Shown: positions 47,591-56,703 of the stretch, in pieces | How the letters are laid out: each line of letters opens with the position of its first letter | Numbering within the stretch: position 1 is the first letter of the stretch | Source: Candidatus Endomicrobium embiratermitis | Lineage (GTDB): Bacteria > Elusimicrobiota > Endomicrobiia > Endomicrobiales > Endomicrobiaceae | Direction: 5' to 3' | Assembly: GCA_009781315.1 (NCBI GenBank) | Contig: WQYI01000002.1 | Span: forward strand, 61,415-125,414 | DNA length: 64,000 nucleotides | Notes under the pieces: model-generated | Database searches by the model: none | The model's input: the letters and a program-made list of their open reading frames with translations, nothing else | Told to the model about the DNA's origin: nothing | Translations under genes and position numbers: made by a program

Positions 47591-47701
47591 TGTAAAAATT
47601 AATATATAAATAAAATATTTCGCTAAAAGATATTATTTCAAATACAACCGTTTAGACTTTAGAGCAACAGTTTAAACGGTTATTTTATGGAAGGTGGAAA
47701 A

Positions 47702-48991
47702 ATGTCAACATTAGTCGTTTTGGGCACCCAGTGGGGAGATGAAGGCAAAGGCAAAGTAGTTCATTATCTCGCAAAACAGGCAGACTATATTGTACGTTAT
47801 CAGGGCGGAAATAACGCGGGACATACCTTAATTTATGAAAACAAGCCTTTTGTGCTGCACCTTATACCTTCGGGGATATTATTTCCGGATAAAATGTGTT
47901 TAATTACAAACGGAGTCGTAGTTGACTCGAAAGCCTTAAGAGAAGAAATTATTCTTTTAAATAAGAAAAAAATTCCCGTTAAAGGAAGATTTTTTATAAG
48001 CGAACAGGCGCATGTTATTTTGCCTTATCACAAATTAATCGATGGAATTCTTGAAGAAGGGCAGGTCAAAATAGGAACTACCAAAAGAGGAATAGGTCCT
48101 GCTTATGCCGATAAAGTTAAAAGAATAGGCATAAGGGTGGTTGACTATATAGAAAAAGACGTATTTATAGATTTACTTGAGAAAAATTTTATCGAAAAAG
48201 CGCCTATCTTAGAAAAAAGCGGCGTAAATATAGCCAAACTTAAAAAAGAAATATTAAACGATCATAAGATTCTTTCGAAGTTCATAAAGCCTTTTGTGAC
48301 CGACACAAGTTTAATGCTTGAAGCCGCAATGAAAAAGAATAAAAAAGTTTTATATGAAAGCGCTCAGGGGACGATGCTTGACTTAGATTTCGGAACATAT
48401 CCGTTTGTGACGTCGTCAAACCCTATAGCCGGCGGAGTATGTACGGGCGCGGGTATAGGACCTACGCAGGTGCAGAAAGTTTTAGGAGTCGTAAAGGCTT
48501 ATACTACGAGAGTAGGGGAAGGTCCTTTTGCAGTAGAACTTTTCGATAAAATGGGCGAATATTTGAGAGAAAAGGGCGGAGAATACGGCGCGACTACAGG
48601 CAGACCGCGCCGCTGCGGCTGGTTTGACGCCGTTGTTGTGCGTCACAGCGTAAGAGTAAGCGGAATAAAACATTTGATACTTACAAAGCTCGACTGTATG
48701 GAAGATATAGAGAAAATAAAAATTTGCGTTGCATATAAATATAAAGGTAAAATTTATAAGGAGTTTCCTTCGTCAAGAACCGTTCAAGCGGGATGCAAAC
48801 CCGTTTATGAAGAATTTCCGGGTTTTAACGGAAAAGTCAAAGGAATCACGGATTTTAAAAAACTTCCCGTGAACGCGCAAAAGTATGTTAAACGCCTTGA
48901 ACAGCTTGTCGGGGCCGATATAGATTTGATATCTCTCGGACGTAAACGGGAAGAAACAATAGAAGTGCGCAAAGGCGTTAAGTGGTTTTAA
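47702..48991 (+). CDS. purA: Adenylosuccinate synthetase
   Basis: GTQWGDEGKGK P-loop; start at the second ATG (MSTLVV...), preceded by AAGGTGG. Confidence 0.92.
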   Translation: MSTLVVLGTQWGDEGKGKVVHYLAKQADYIVRYQGGNNAGHTLIYENKPFVLHLIPSGILFPDKMCLITNGVVVDSKALREEIILLNKKKIPVKGRFFISEQAHVILPYHKLIDGILEEGQVKIGTTKRGIGPAYADKVKRIGIRVVDYIEKDVFIDLLEKNFIEKAPILEKSGVNIAKLKKEILNDHKILSKFIKPFVTDTSLMLEAAMKKNKKVLYESAQGTMLDLDFGTYPFVTSSNPIAGGVCTGAGIGPTQVQKVLGVVKAYTTRVGEGPFAVELFDKMGEYLREKGGEYGATTGRPRRCGWFDAVVVRHSVRVSGIKHLILTKLDCMEDIEKIKICVAYKYKGKIYKEFPSSRTVQAGCKPVYEEFPGFNGKVKGITDFKKLPVNAQKYVKRLEQLVGADIDLISLGRKREETIEVRKGVKWF

Positions 48992-49013
48992 TAAAAGCAG
49001 AGTAAGAATAATA

Positions 49014-49146
49014 AAAAGTGTAAAGTTGAAAGTTAAAAGTGAAAATTACGTGTTTTCGCTTTGCGAAAACTAATTAATTTGATTTCGGCTTTGTCGAAAT
49101 TCATTATTTTAACTTTGCACTTCTCACTTTTCACTTTGTCGTTAAA
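49014..49146. repeat. Composite palindromic element, family 2 (core hairpins in swapped order)
   Basis: aaaagtgtaaagttgaaagttaaaagtgaaaat ... gttttcgctttgcgaaaac ... gatttcggctttgtcgaaat ... ctttgcacttctcacttttcactttgtcgttaaaaaagg. Confidence 0.75.
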
Positions 49147-49159
49147 AAAGGCGGAGCCT

Positions 49160-49855
49160 TTGAAAGTAAAACTTCTTAAATTTACCAATGATCCGGAAAA
49201 AACCTGCGCTATAGCGGCGAGGCTTTGCTACAGCGCTGCGGGAATAGACGAGATTACCGAAAAATTTACGAAAGAGAAAGTTAAAGAACTTCTTGATAAA
49301 GTTATTTCGTCGGGGCATCAATCCGTTTTGGAGCACGCGTCGTTTTCTTTCGGAATAGAAGGCGTCTCCCGCGCTTTGCTTGCCCAGCTTACAAGACACA
49401 GAATAGCGTCATTTTCCGTGCAAAGCCAGAGATATGTGAAATTTAAAAACGGTGTGGAGTTTGTTACTCCCGATACTGTAAAAAAACAAAAAGCTTTGCT
49501 TTTAAAATTCGATAATTTTTTAAAAGAAGTCGAAAAACTTTACGAATATTTTTTGGAAGCCGGAATTCCGGCGGAAGACGCAAGATATGTTTTGCCTAAC
49601 GCTTCCGCTACGAAAATAATAATAACGATGAACGCCAGAGAGTTAAGGCATTTTTTCGCTTTAAGGTGCTGTAACAGAGCGCAGTGGGAAATAAGAGATA
49701 TGGCTTGCAGGATGTTAAATCTTGTCCGCAAAGAAGCCCCCGTGCTCTTTTCTGACGCGGGGCCTGATTGCGTGAAAGGCGGTTGCCACGAAGCTTTCCC
49801 GTGCGGAAAACCGTGGACAAAGTCCCGGATAAAGTCCGAAAAATACTCGATATAA
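49160..49855 (+). CDS. thyX: Flavin-dependent thymidylate synthase ThyX
   Basis: ThyX RHRxxxxxS motif (LAQLTRHRIASFSVQSQRY). Probable TTG start (MKVKLLKF...) after AAAAAAGGCGGAG. The ORF track start at 49061 reads through the repeat. Confidence 0.85.
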   Translation: MKVKLLKFTNDPEKTCAIAARLCYSAAGIDEITEKFTKEKVKELLDKVISSGHQSVLEHASFSFGIEGVSRALLAQLTRHRIASFSVQSQRYVKFKNGVEFVTPDTVKKQKALLLKFDNFLKEVEKLYEYFLEAGIPAEDARYVLPNASATKIIITMNARELRHFFALRCCNRAQWEIRDMACRMLNLVRKEAPVLFSDAGPDCVKGGCHEAFPCGKPWTKSRIKSEKYSI

Positions 49856-50077
49856 ATTTGATTTTACCTCTTTTAATTGACTAATCTTTTTAACAGGCGT
49901 GCCAAAAAATTTCAAAAAGAATTCCAAAACTTTTTTCCGATTAAAAAATGACTATACAATTTCTTTAAAATATCTTACAATAAAGCAAAAAGACAAAATT
50001 GCAAAGGCTGATAAAGCCGGCTTTGAAGTTCCGGAAGATTTTATTGAAATTTTAAATCTTCATAAGGAATAGTTGAG

Positions 50078-51250
50078 ATGCACGAAATTTATGCTTTTTT
50101 GATGGCTATTGCCGTTATACTTATTGCTGCGAAGCTTTTTGGCGAAATTGCCGTGCGGTTCGGCCAAAGCGCGATAGTCGGAGAGCTTCTTGCAGGCGTG
50201 ATAATAGGTCCGAGCGTTTTTGGGTTTGTATCGGAAACGCATGTTTTATCAAGCATTGCCGAACTCGGAGCAATTATTTTGCTTTTTGAAGTAGGTCTTT
50301 CGTCGGATATAAAAGAGTTTGCCAAAGCCGGAGGATGGGCTGCCGCTGTTGCGTTTGTCGGAGTATTTTTGCCTTACATATCCGGTTACTATGTGTTTTT
50401 GTATTTTGGTTTCAGTACTACTCAGGCGATTTTTGCGGGCGCTGTGCTTACTGCGACATCAGTTGGGATAACCGCCAGAGTTTTTATGGATTTAAAAAGA
50501 ATAGAAACGCAGGAAGCCAAAATTGTTTTGGGCGCGGCGGTTATTGACGATGTAATAGGTCTTGTCATACTTGCCGTGGTTTTGAAACTTGTATCCGGCG
50601 GAACAGTTACAGCAGGAACGATTGCTCATGTAAGCGGAATGGCGGTATTATTTTTGATTCTGTCAGTAGGGGCGGGGCTGCTTATAGCGCCGACTTTATT
50701 TAGATTTATTTCGAAAATGAAACAAGAGCAAGTAATTTTTGTAATGGCAGTGGCTTTTTGCTTAATAATATCGGCATTGGCGTCAAAAGTCGGCCTTGCG
50801 CCGATAGTCGGGGCATTTGCCGCGGGGCTTGTCCTGTCATCGACAAATTATAAGGCTGAAATAAGAAACGGCGTTAAGCCTCTTTACGTATTTTTTGTTC
50901 CCGTATTTTTTGTATTGATGGGAACACAGGTTGATTTAAGCGTTTTCAATCCGTTTATAGAATCTAACAGAATGATTCTTTTGCTTACCGCCATACTTTT
51001 TATTGTAGCGTTTATAGGAAAAGCCGTCGCGGGTTTTGTTGTTTTAAAAAAAGGAATCAACAAACTTTTAGTCGGAGTCTCAATGGTTCCTCGAGGCGAA
51101 GTGGGTTTGATTTTTGCCGGTATAGGTTTAAAAAACGGAGTTTTCGGTTCCGATGATTACAGCGCTTTGGTTGCCGTAATAATGCTTACGACTTTTGTGA
51201 CTCCGTTTATTTTAAAATATTTGATTTCTAAAGACATGGAAAAAAATTAA
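50078..51250 (+). CDS. Cation:proton antiporter (CPA family, Kef/NhaP-like)
   Basis: 390 aa, about 11-12 TM helices, Na_H exchanger-like. Confidence 0.75.
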   Translation: MHEIYAFLMAIAVILIAAKLFGEIAVRFGQSAIVGELLAGVIIGPSVFGFVSETHVLSSIAELGAIILLFEVGLSSDIKEFAKAGGWAAAVAFVGVFLPYISGYYVFLYFGFSTTQAIFAGAVLTATSVGITARVFMDLKRIETQEAKIVLGAAVIDDVIGLVILAVVLKLVSGGTVTAGTIAHVSGMAVLFLILSVGAGLLIAPTLFRFISKMKQEQVIFVMAVAFCLIISALASKVGLAPIVGAFAAGLVLSSTNYKAEIRNGVKPLYVFFVPVFFVLMGTQVDLSVFNPFIESNRMILLLTAILFIVAFIGKAVAGFVVLKKGINKLLVGVSMVPRGEVGLIFAGIGLKNGVFGSDDYSALVAVIMLTTFVTPFILKYLISKDMEKN

Positions 51251-51263
51251 GAGGAGAAAAATT

Positions 51264-52178
51264 ATGAAAAGACATTTTTCTATCGCCGTATGTTTGGTAT
51301 TTATTATGAGCGTTTTTATCCCGTCTTTTTTGCATGCGGAAGATTATATGGTCTACGAAGACGGAGTTGTTGTTATGGTTGAAGACAAAAATTCTGAAGA
51401 TGAGACGGCCTCCGTAAATAAAAATGACGACGAAAATGATGTAAGCGAAGAAACGACAACCGTTACTGACGAGCACAAAGACTCGGAAGATGATAATACG
51501 GCGTCCGTAAATGAAAATGAGAACGAAAATGCAAGCGAAGAACCGACAACCGTTACTGACGAGCGCAAAAATTCGGAAGATAATAAAACGGCGGCCGTAA
51601 ATAAAAATAACGACGAAAATGTAAGCGAAGAAACGAAAACCGTTGCTGACGAGCGCAAAGATTCGGAAGATAATAAGACTGCATCCGTAAATGAGAATGA
51701 AGACGAGGATGAAAATAGTTTTGTCTACATAGGAAACGAAAGGAAAACTCGCGCAAATGCGAGTAAATTTAATGAATCCGGTAACGATAATGTTTCTGTA
51801 AATGAAAATAAAGAAAGAGGCGTAAAGGCACAGACGGCAAAGCCGAAACCGCAACAAGCGAAACCGCAGCAAGCGCAAAATACAGGTCCTAAACCTAACC
51901 AGGACGAACAGGCAATAGCAAAAAAAGTTCAGGAATATTATAATGAGTTTATGAAAAATCCTAAAGTGGTATCTTTTATTAAGTTTCTTTCAAAAAGATG
52001 GGAAGAAATAAAAGCTTTTGTTTCTGAGCTTCCGGGAATCAAGCAGTATAACAACTCTATATATACAAACGAAAACTACAAAAAAGAGATGGGAGCTTTT
52101 TCCACTGAATACAAACCTCATATACAGAGTAACAGCGAAGGCGTTCAAAAAGCCAAAGAAGGTGCAAAAAAGCTTTAA
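51264..52178 (+). CDS. Secreted acidic tandem-repeat protein (hypothetical)
   Basis: Signal peptide, then about 3.5 imperfect ~31-aa repeats (TTTVTDE[HR]K[DN]SED[DN][NK]TA[SA]VN[EK]N[EDN]...), a Q/P-rich segment (KPKPQQAKPQQAQNTGPKPNQ) and a folded-looking ~100-aa C-terminal domain. Confidence 0.6.
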   Translation: MKRHFSIAVCLVFIMSVFIPSFLHAEDYMVYEDGVVVMVEDKNSEDETASVNKNDDENDVSEETTTVTDEHKDSEDDNTASVNENENENASEEPTTVTDERKNSEDNKTAAVNKNNDENVSEETKTVADERKDSEDNKTASVNENEDEDENSFVYIGNERKTRANASKFNESGNDNVSVNENKERGVKAQTAKPKPQQAKPQQAQNTGPKPNQDEQAIAKKVQEYYNEFMKNPKVVSFIKFLSKRWEEIKAFVSELPGIKQYNNSIYTNENYKKEMGAFSTEYKPHIQSNSEGVQKAKEGAKKL

Positions 52179-52261
52179 TATCGTAAATTTTGTGCTTCTT
52201 CTTTCCGAGGCTGTTGAGAGAGAAAATTACTGGAATTTATTTATAAATTTTTGTCTTTAAA

Positions 52262-52440
52262 AACCCTGTTTTGTTTATGTAAAGCGCATTAGCGTGGCTT
52301 ATGAATTAAAAATTTTTAAAAATCTTGAGGACTGTCCGAAGCGGCAACCTTATAAGCCTTTATTTGCCGCAAGTTCCGCAAACTGTTTTAAAAATTTTTA
52401 ATGAATGCGCTCGGCGCTTGAATAAACAAAACGAAAAAGC
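52262..52440 (+). mobile_element. MITE-like ~175-bp element with ~20-bp imperfect terminal inverted repeats
   Basis: gttttgtttatgtaaagcgcattagcg ... cgctcggcgcttgaataaacaaaacg, with internal sub-palindromes; full copy at 18612-18790 (inverted) and deleted copy at 47036-47098. Confidence 0.7.
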
Positions 52441-52444
52441 AATC

Positions 52445-52587
52445 TTGACATATCAACCCGTAGTTTTGTATAACCTGCAAAACCTAACCTGTAGAAAATA
52501 ATTCCTCGAAAAAATTTCTAAAAAAAAATCATTGACAAATCTATACGTATGTTGTAACATTATTTTTGCCACTACGGGTAGTTTTGT
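52445..52587 (+). promoter_or_regulatory. nrdR upstream region: two promoter-like hexamer pairs plus the palindromes TAGTTTTG-N9-CAAAACCTA and ACTACGGGTAGT
   Basis: TTGACA-N18-TATAAC at 52445-52474, TTGACA-N17-TAACAT at 52532-52560, perfect 12-bp palindrome ACTACGGGTAGT at 52571-52582; the motif cgtagttttgt occurs twice. Confidence 0.4.
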
Positions 52588-52624
52588 CGACCAGTAAAAT
52601 TTAAAAAAAATTAAGAGCAAAAAA

Positions 52625-53107
52625 ATGAAATGTCCTTTTTGCGGAAGTTTTGAAGACCAAGTGCTTGATTCCCGCCCGATTGAACATTTGCCTGCCGTAA
52701 GGCGGCGCAGAGAATGTTCCGGCTGTAAAAAAAGGTATACCACTTTTGAAAGGCCTGAAGAAATAAGCCTTATGGTTGTTAAATCTGACCAAAGCAGGCA
52801 GCCTTTTGACAGAAAAAAGATTTGGGAAGGCATAGACAGAGCGTGCCGCAAACGTCCTATTGCCGTTGAAACAATAGACAAAATCGTAAGCGAAATAGAA
52901 AACGAGCTGACAGGCGAATACGTTATGGAAATACCGTCAAGCGTTATAGGACAGAAAATTTTAGATAAACTTTGGGACGTAGACCTTGTGGCGTATATAA
53001 GGTTTGCTTCGGTATATAGAAAATTCGGCGACATAGACACTTTTATGGCCGAACTTAAAAAACTTAAAAAAGAACATATAAAAAGACAATTGAAAAATAA
53101 CAAATAA
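52625..53107 (+). CDS. nrdR: Transcriptional repressor NrdR
   Basis: MKCPFCGSFEDQVLDSR zinc ribbon plus ATP-cone. Confidence 0.92.
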   Translation: MKCPFCGSFEDQVLDSRPIEHLPAVRRRRECSGCKKRYTTFERPEEISLMVVKSDQSRQPFDRKKIWEGIDRACRKRPIAVETIDKIVSEIENELTGEYVMEIPSSVIGQKILDKLWDVDLVAYIRFASVYRKFGDIDTFMAELKKLKKEHIKRQLKNNK

Positions 53108-53196
53108 CAGATAACAATTAAAAACGGCTGTAGTAATAAGGCAGCTTTGAAGTTTTAATTAATTTGTCAATTGTAAATTGTTAATTGTTGTTAATC
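53098..53196. repeat. Composite palindromic element, family 1 (between nrdR and nrdJ)
   Basis: aacaaataacagataacaattaaaaacgg ... ttaattaatttgtcaattgtaaattgttaattgttgttaatc followed by TGGGGG. Confidence 0.7.
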
Positions 53197-53208
53197 TGGG
53201 GGTTGAAA

Positions 53209-55527
53209 ATGGCACAAAACACTAAAGAGGAGCTTATTTCCGAAAACAGTGCAAAACTTGAAAAAAACGCGCTTACGGTTTTGCAAAAAAGATATTTAGG
53301 AAAAGACAGTAACGGCAATATAATTGAAGAACCGGAAGATTTATTTTACAGAGTGGCCGAAAATATTGCCCAGGCTGATAAAATATATGATAAAGACGCG
53401 GATTTGGCGTTTTTGATCAAAGAATTCTATTTGGCTATGTCGTCCCTTGATTTTTTGCCTAACTCTCCGACTTTGATGAACGCAGGCAGGCATTTACAGC
53501 AGCTTTCGGCGTGTTTTGTGCTTCCGATAGAAGATTCAATGGATTCTATATTTGAAACCCTTAAAAATACCGCTCTTATACATAAGTCGGGCGGCGGAAC
53601 TGGATTTTCTTTTTCAAGGCTGCGTCCTAAAAATGATAATGTAAAAACCACAAGCGGCGTGTCTTCGGGACCGGTATCTTTTATGCAGGTTTTTAACGCC
53701 GCTACGGAAGCCATTAAACAGGGCGGAACAAGACGCGGCGCGAATATGGGTATGCTTCGCGTTGATCATCCGGACATTTTAGACTTCATTACCTGTAAAG
53801 ACAGAAACGACAGCCTCAATAATTTCAATATTTCCGTGGCCGTGACAAAAGAGTTTATGGAGGCTTTGGAAGAAGAGACTGACTATAATCTTTATAATCC
53901 GCGCACTAAAGAAGCGGCGGGAACGCTTAACGCAAAAGAAGTTTTCAATAAAATAGTCGATCAGGCGTGGAAAAACGGCGAGCCGGGTATAGTTTTTATA
54001 GACAGGATGAACGACGCTAATCCTACTCCCGAAGCGGGGCTTATTGAATCGACAAACCCATGCGGCGAACAGCCGCTTCTCCCTTACGAGTCTTGCAATT
54101 TAGGATCGATAAATTTAAGTCATTTTGTAAAAGAGGGACAGGTTGACTGGGAAAGGCTTGAGAGTATTATTAAAACGGCGGTTCATTTTTTGGATAATGT
54201 TATAGACATGAACAATTATCCGATACAAAAAATCGGCGAGACCACGCGTTCTAACAGAAAAATCGGGCTTGGCGTTATGGGATGGGCTGATATGCTTTTA
54301 AGTTTAGGCATACCGTACGGTTCGCATGATTCTTTAATGCTTGCGGAAAAAGTTATGGGTTTTATACAATCCAAGTCGCACGAAGCTTCCGAAGAACTTG
54401 CTCTTAAAAGAGGAGCTTTCCCGAATTTTAAACAAAGTATATACGGCAAAGGAAATCCTATAAGAAACGCTACTACCACGACTATTGCTCCGACAGGCAC
54501 AATAGGCATTATAGCGTCGGCTTCGGGCGGTATAGAACCTATTTTTGCGCTTGTCTATAAAAGGGCAAATTGTCTGGATAACGCGGAAATGTACGAAGTG
54601 AACCCTCATTTTGAAAAAGTCGCAAAAGAACAGGGATTTTATTCCGCCGAACTTATGGATAAAATTGCCGAAAAAGGCAGCGTGCACGGGTTAAAAGAAG
54701 TTCCGGAAAAAATAAAAAAAGTTTTCGTCACCGCTCAGGACATTACGCCCGAAGACCATATAAGAATGCAGGCGGCTTTCCAGAAATTTACGGACAATGC
54801 CGTGTCAAAAACCGTAAACTTTCCTAATTCCGCTACTAAAGAAGACGTAAAAAAAGTTTATATGCTTTCGTATAAAATGGCTTGCAAAGGCGTAACGGTT
54901 TACCGCGACGGCAGCAGGGATTTACAGGTTTTAAATCTGGCAAATAAAAAAGAAACCGTTCAGTCTCAAGGAGAAATTAAAGAAAAAAAGCCGAGAACCA
55001 GGCCTAAAAAAACAATGGGATTCACGTTTTTAATGCATACGGGCTGCGGAAAGATGTATGTTACGATAAATGAAGATGAGCAGGGAGCGTGCGAGTTGTT
55101 TACGCAGCTCGGTAAATCAGGAGGCTGTACGTCGTCCCAGTCTGAAGCGGTCGCCCGTATGATTTCTTTGGCATTGCGTTCCGGCGTTAATCAGCAGGAT
55201 ATAATAAATCAGTTAAAAGGCATAAGATGTCCGTCGCCGACTTTGGCCGAAGGCGGAGCTATATTGTCTTGCGCGGACGCGGTTGCAAAAGCCCTCGAAG
55301 CTTACGCAAAAGAAAAACAAACTCCGGCTCTTTTTACCGAGGAAGTGATAAATTCCGAGCCGTATGCTCCGGTTGAAGAAAATAGCCGCCCTTCGGCGTC
55401 GTATTCTTCGGATATAAAAAATAATTTTTCAGGTTCATGCCCGCAATGTCCGGAATGCGGAGAGATGCTTACTTTTTCCGAAGGGTGCGTTGTGTGCAGG
55501 GACTGCGGATATAGTAAATGCTGGTAG
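53209..55527 (+). CDS. nrdJ: Adenosylcobalamin-dependent ribonucleoside-diphosphate/triphosphate reductase (class II, NrdJ)
   Basis: About 772 aa from MAQNTKEEL; active-site NPCGEQPL motif; C-terminal CxxC...CxxC zinc ribbon. Confidence 0.88.
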   Translation: MAQNTKEELISENSAKLEKNALTVLQKRYLGKDSNGNIIEEPEDLFYRVAENIAQADKIYDKDADLAFLIKEFYLAMSSLDFLPNSPTLMNAGRHLQQLSACFVLPIEDSMDSIFETLKNTALIHKSGGGTGFSFSRLRPKNDNVKTTSGVSSGPVSFMQVFNAATEAIKQGGTRRGANMGMLRVDHPDILDFITCKDRNDSLNNFNISVAVTKEFMEALEEETDYNLYNPRTKEAAGTLNAKEVFNKIVDQAWKNGEPGIVFIDRMNDANPTPEAGLIESTNPCGEQPLLPYESCNLGSINLSHFVKEGQVDWERLESIIKTAVHFLDNVIDMNNYPIQKIGETTRSNRKIGLGVMGWADMLLSLGIPYGSHDSLMLAEKVMGFIQSKSHEASEELALKRGAFPNFKQSIYGKGNPIRNATTTTIAPTGTIGIIASASGGIEPIFALVYKRANCLDNAEMYEVNPHFEKVAKEQGFYSAELMDKIAEKGSVHGLKEVPEKIKKVFVTAQDITPEDHIRMQAAFQKFTDNAVSKTVNFPNSATKEDVKKVYMLSYKMACKGVTVYRDGSRDLQVLNLANKKETVQSQGEIKEKKPRTRPKKTMGFTFLMHTGCGKMYVTINEDEQGACELFTQLGKSGGCTSSQSEAVARMISLALRSGVNQQDIINQLKGIRCPSPTLAEGGAILSCADAVAKALEAYAKEKQTPALFTEEVINSEPYAPVEENSRPSASYSSDIKNNFSGSCPQCPECGEMLTFSEGCVVCRDCGYSKCW

Positions 55528-55534
55528 TATACGA

Positions 55535-55666
55535 CAAAGTAGAAAGTTAAAAGTGTAAAGTGAAAATATTGTGTTTCGGCAAAGCCGAAACAGAGTTTAG
55601 GTTTTTGCAAAGCAAAAACACATCTTAACTTTTAACTCTTCACTTTTCACTTTGTCGTTAAAAAAG
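55535..55666. repeat. Composite palindromic element, family 2
   Basis: caaagtagaaagttaaaagtgtaaagtgaaaat ... gtttcggcaaagccgaaac ... gtttttgcaaagcaaaaac ... cttaacttttaactcttcacttttcactttgtcgttaaaaaaggg. Confidence 0.8.
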
Positions 55667-55672
55667 GGATTT

Positions 55673-56260
55673 ATGGTAAAAAGCGATAAATGGATTAAAC
55701 GGATGGCTCTTGATAAGAAAATCATAGAGCCGTTTGAAGCCGGGCAAATAAAACAAATAGACGGTAAAGGCGTTATATCTTTCGGCACTTCGTCTTATGG
55801 TTACGATATGCGTTTGTCAGACGAGTTTATGGTTATGAAAGTCCGTACCGGACAGGAAGGCCAAGGAAGTGTTGAAGCGCTTGACCCTAAAAATTCAGCC
55901 GAAAGGCTGTTTGAACCCATAAAAGTAAAAGATTACATAATAATCCCGCCCAACTCAATTGTTTTGGGAAAAACTATAGAGTATTTTAGAATACCGAGAG
56001 ACATTGTCACAATAGCGTTCGGTAAATCTACTTACGCAAGGTGCGGCATTTTTGTAAATGTAACGCCGTTTGAGCCGGAGTGGGAAGGGTATGTAACTCT
56101 TTCTATAGCAAATACTACGGCTTTGCCGGTAAAAGTATATGCCAATGAAGGTATTGCCCAGGTTCTTTTTTTAGGCCCGGACGAAATGTGTGAAATATCG
56201 TATGCCGACAGAAAAGGCAAGTATCAGGCTCAAAAAATCATAACTTCGGCGAAAATTTAG
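55673..56260 (+). CDS. dcd: dCTP deaminase
   Basis: Begins [21 protein letters not shown]; dUTPase-like fold. The ORF track start at 55652 lies in the repeat. Confidence 0.88.
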   Translation: MVKSDKWIKRMALDKKIIEPFEAGQIKQIDGKGVISFGTSSYGYDMRLSDEFMVMKVRTGQEGQGSVEALDPKNSAERLFEPIKVKDYIIIPPNSIVLGKTIEYFRIPRDIVTIAFGKSTYARCGIFVNVTPFEPEWEGYVTLSIANTTALPVKVYANEGIAQVLFLGPDEMCEISYADRKGKYQAQKIITSAKI

Positions 56261-56298
56261 TATAATAGTACGGTAGTTCAATTAAAAGGAGGAAGTCT

Positions 56299-56703
56299 AT
56301 GGACAAGTTTATGGCATGGTTTAAGCTTTATTTTTGGGAAGTTGTAACAAAACAGTATGTTAATTTTGAAGGACGTGCAAGCAGACCTCAGTATTGGTAT
56401 TTTGTTTTGGTTTGTTTTATAATTAGCTTAATTCTATCCATACTTCACTTAGGTGTTATAAATTTTATTATATCGTTGGCATTATTTATTCCTTCTATTG
56501 CAATTTGTGCAAGAAGGCTCCACGATATTAATCAATCAGGTTGGCTTCAGTTGATAGTTCTTATTCCTATTTTAGGTTGGATTGCTATAATTATTTTGTG
56601 CGTATTGCCTCCAGTAGAACCCAATAAATACGGAAATAACTCAAAAGTAAAAGAAACAACTGCTTCTACAGAAACAGATAAAATGAAAACGGAAACAAAT
56701 TAA
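56299..56703 (+). CDS. DUF805-family inner-membrane protein
   Basis: 134 aa; GRASRPQYWYFVL signature; 3 TM helices. Confidence 0.7.
   Translation: MDKFMAWFKLYFWEVVTKQYVNFEGRASRPQYWYFVLVCFIISLILSILHLGVINFIISLALFIPSIAICARRLHDINQSGWLQLIVLIPILGWIAIIILCVLPPVEPNKYGNNSKVKETTASTETDKMKTETN

Noticed and set aside
51228-51878. 216-aa minus-strand ORF
   Set aside because: It is antisense to the tandem-repeat region of the secreted repeat protein. The low-complexity, repeat-driven open frame has no RBS or start context.
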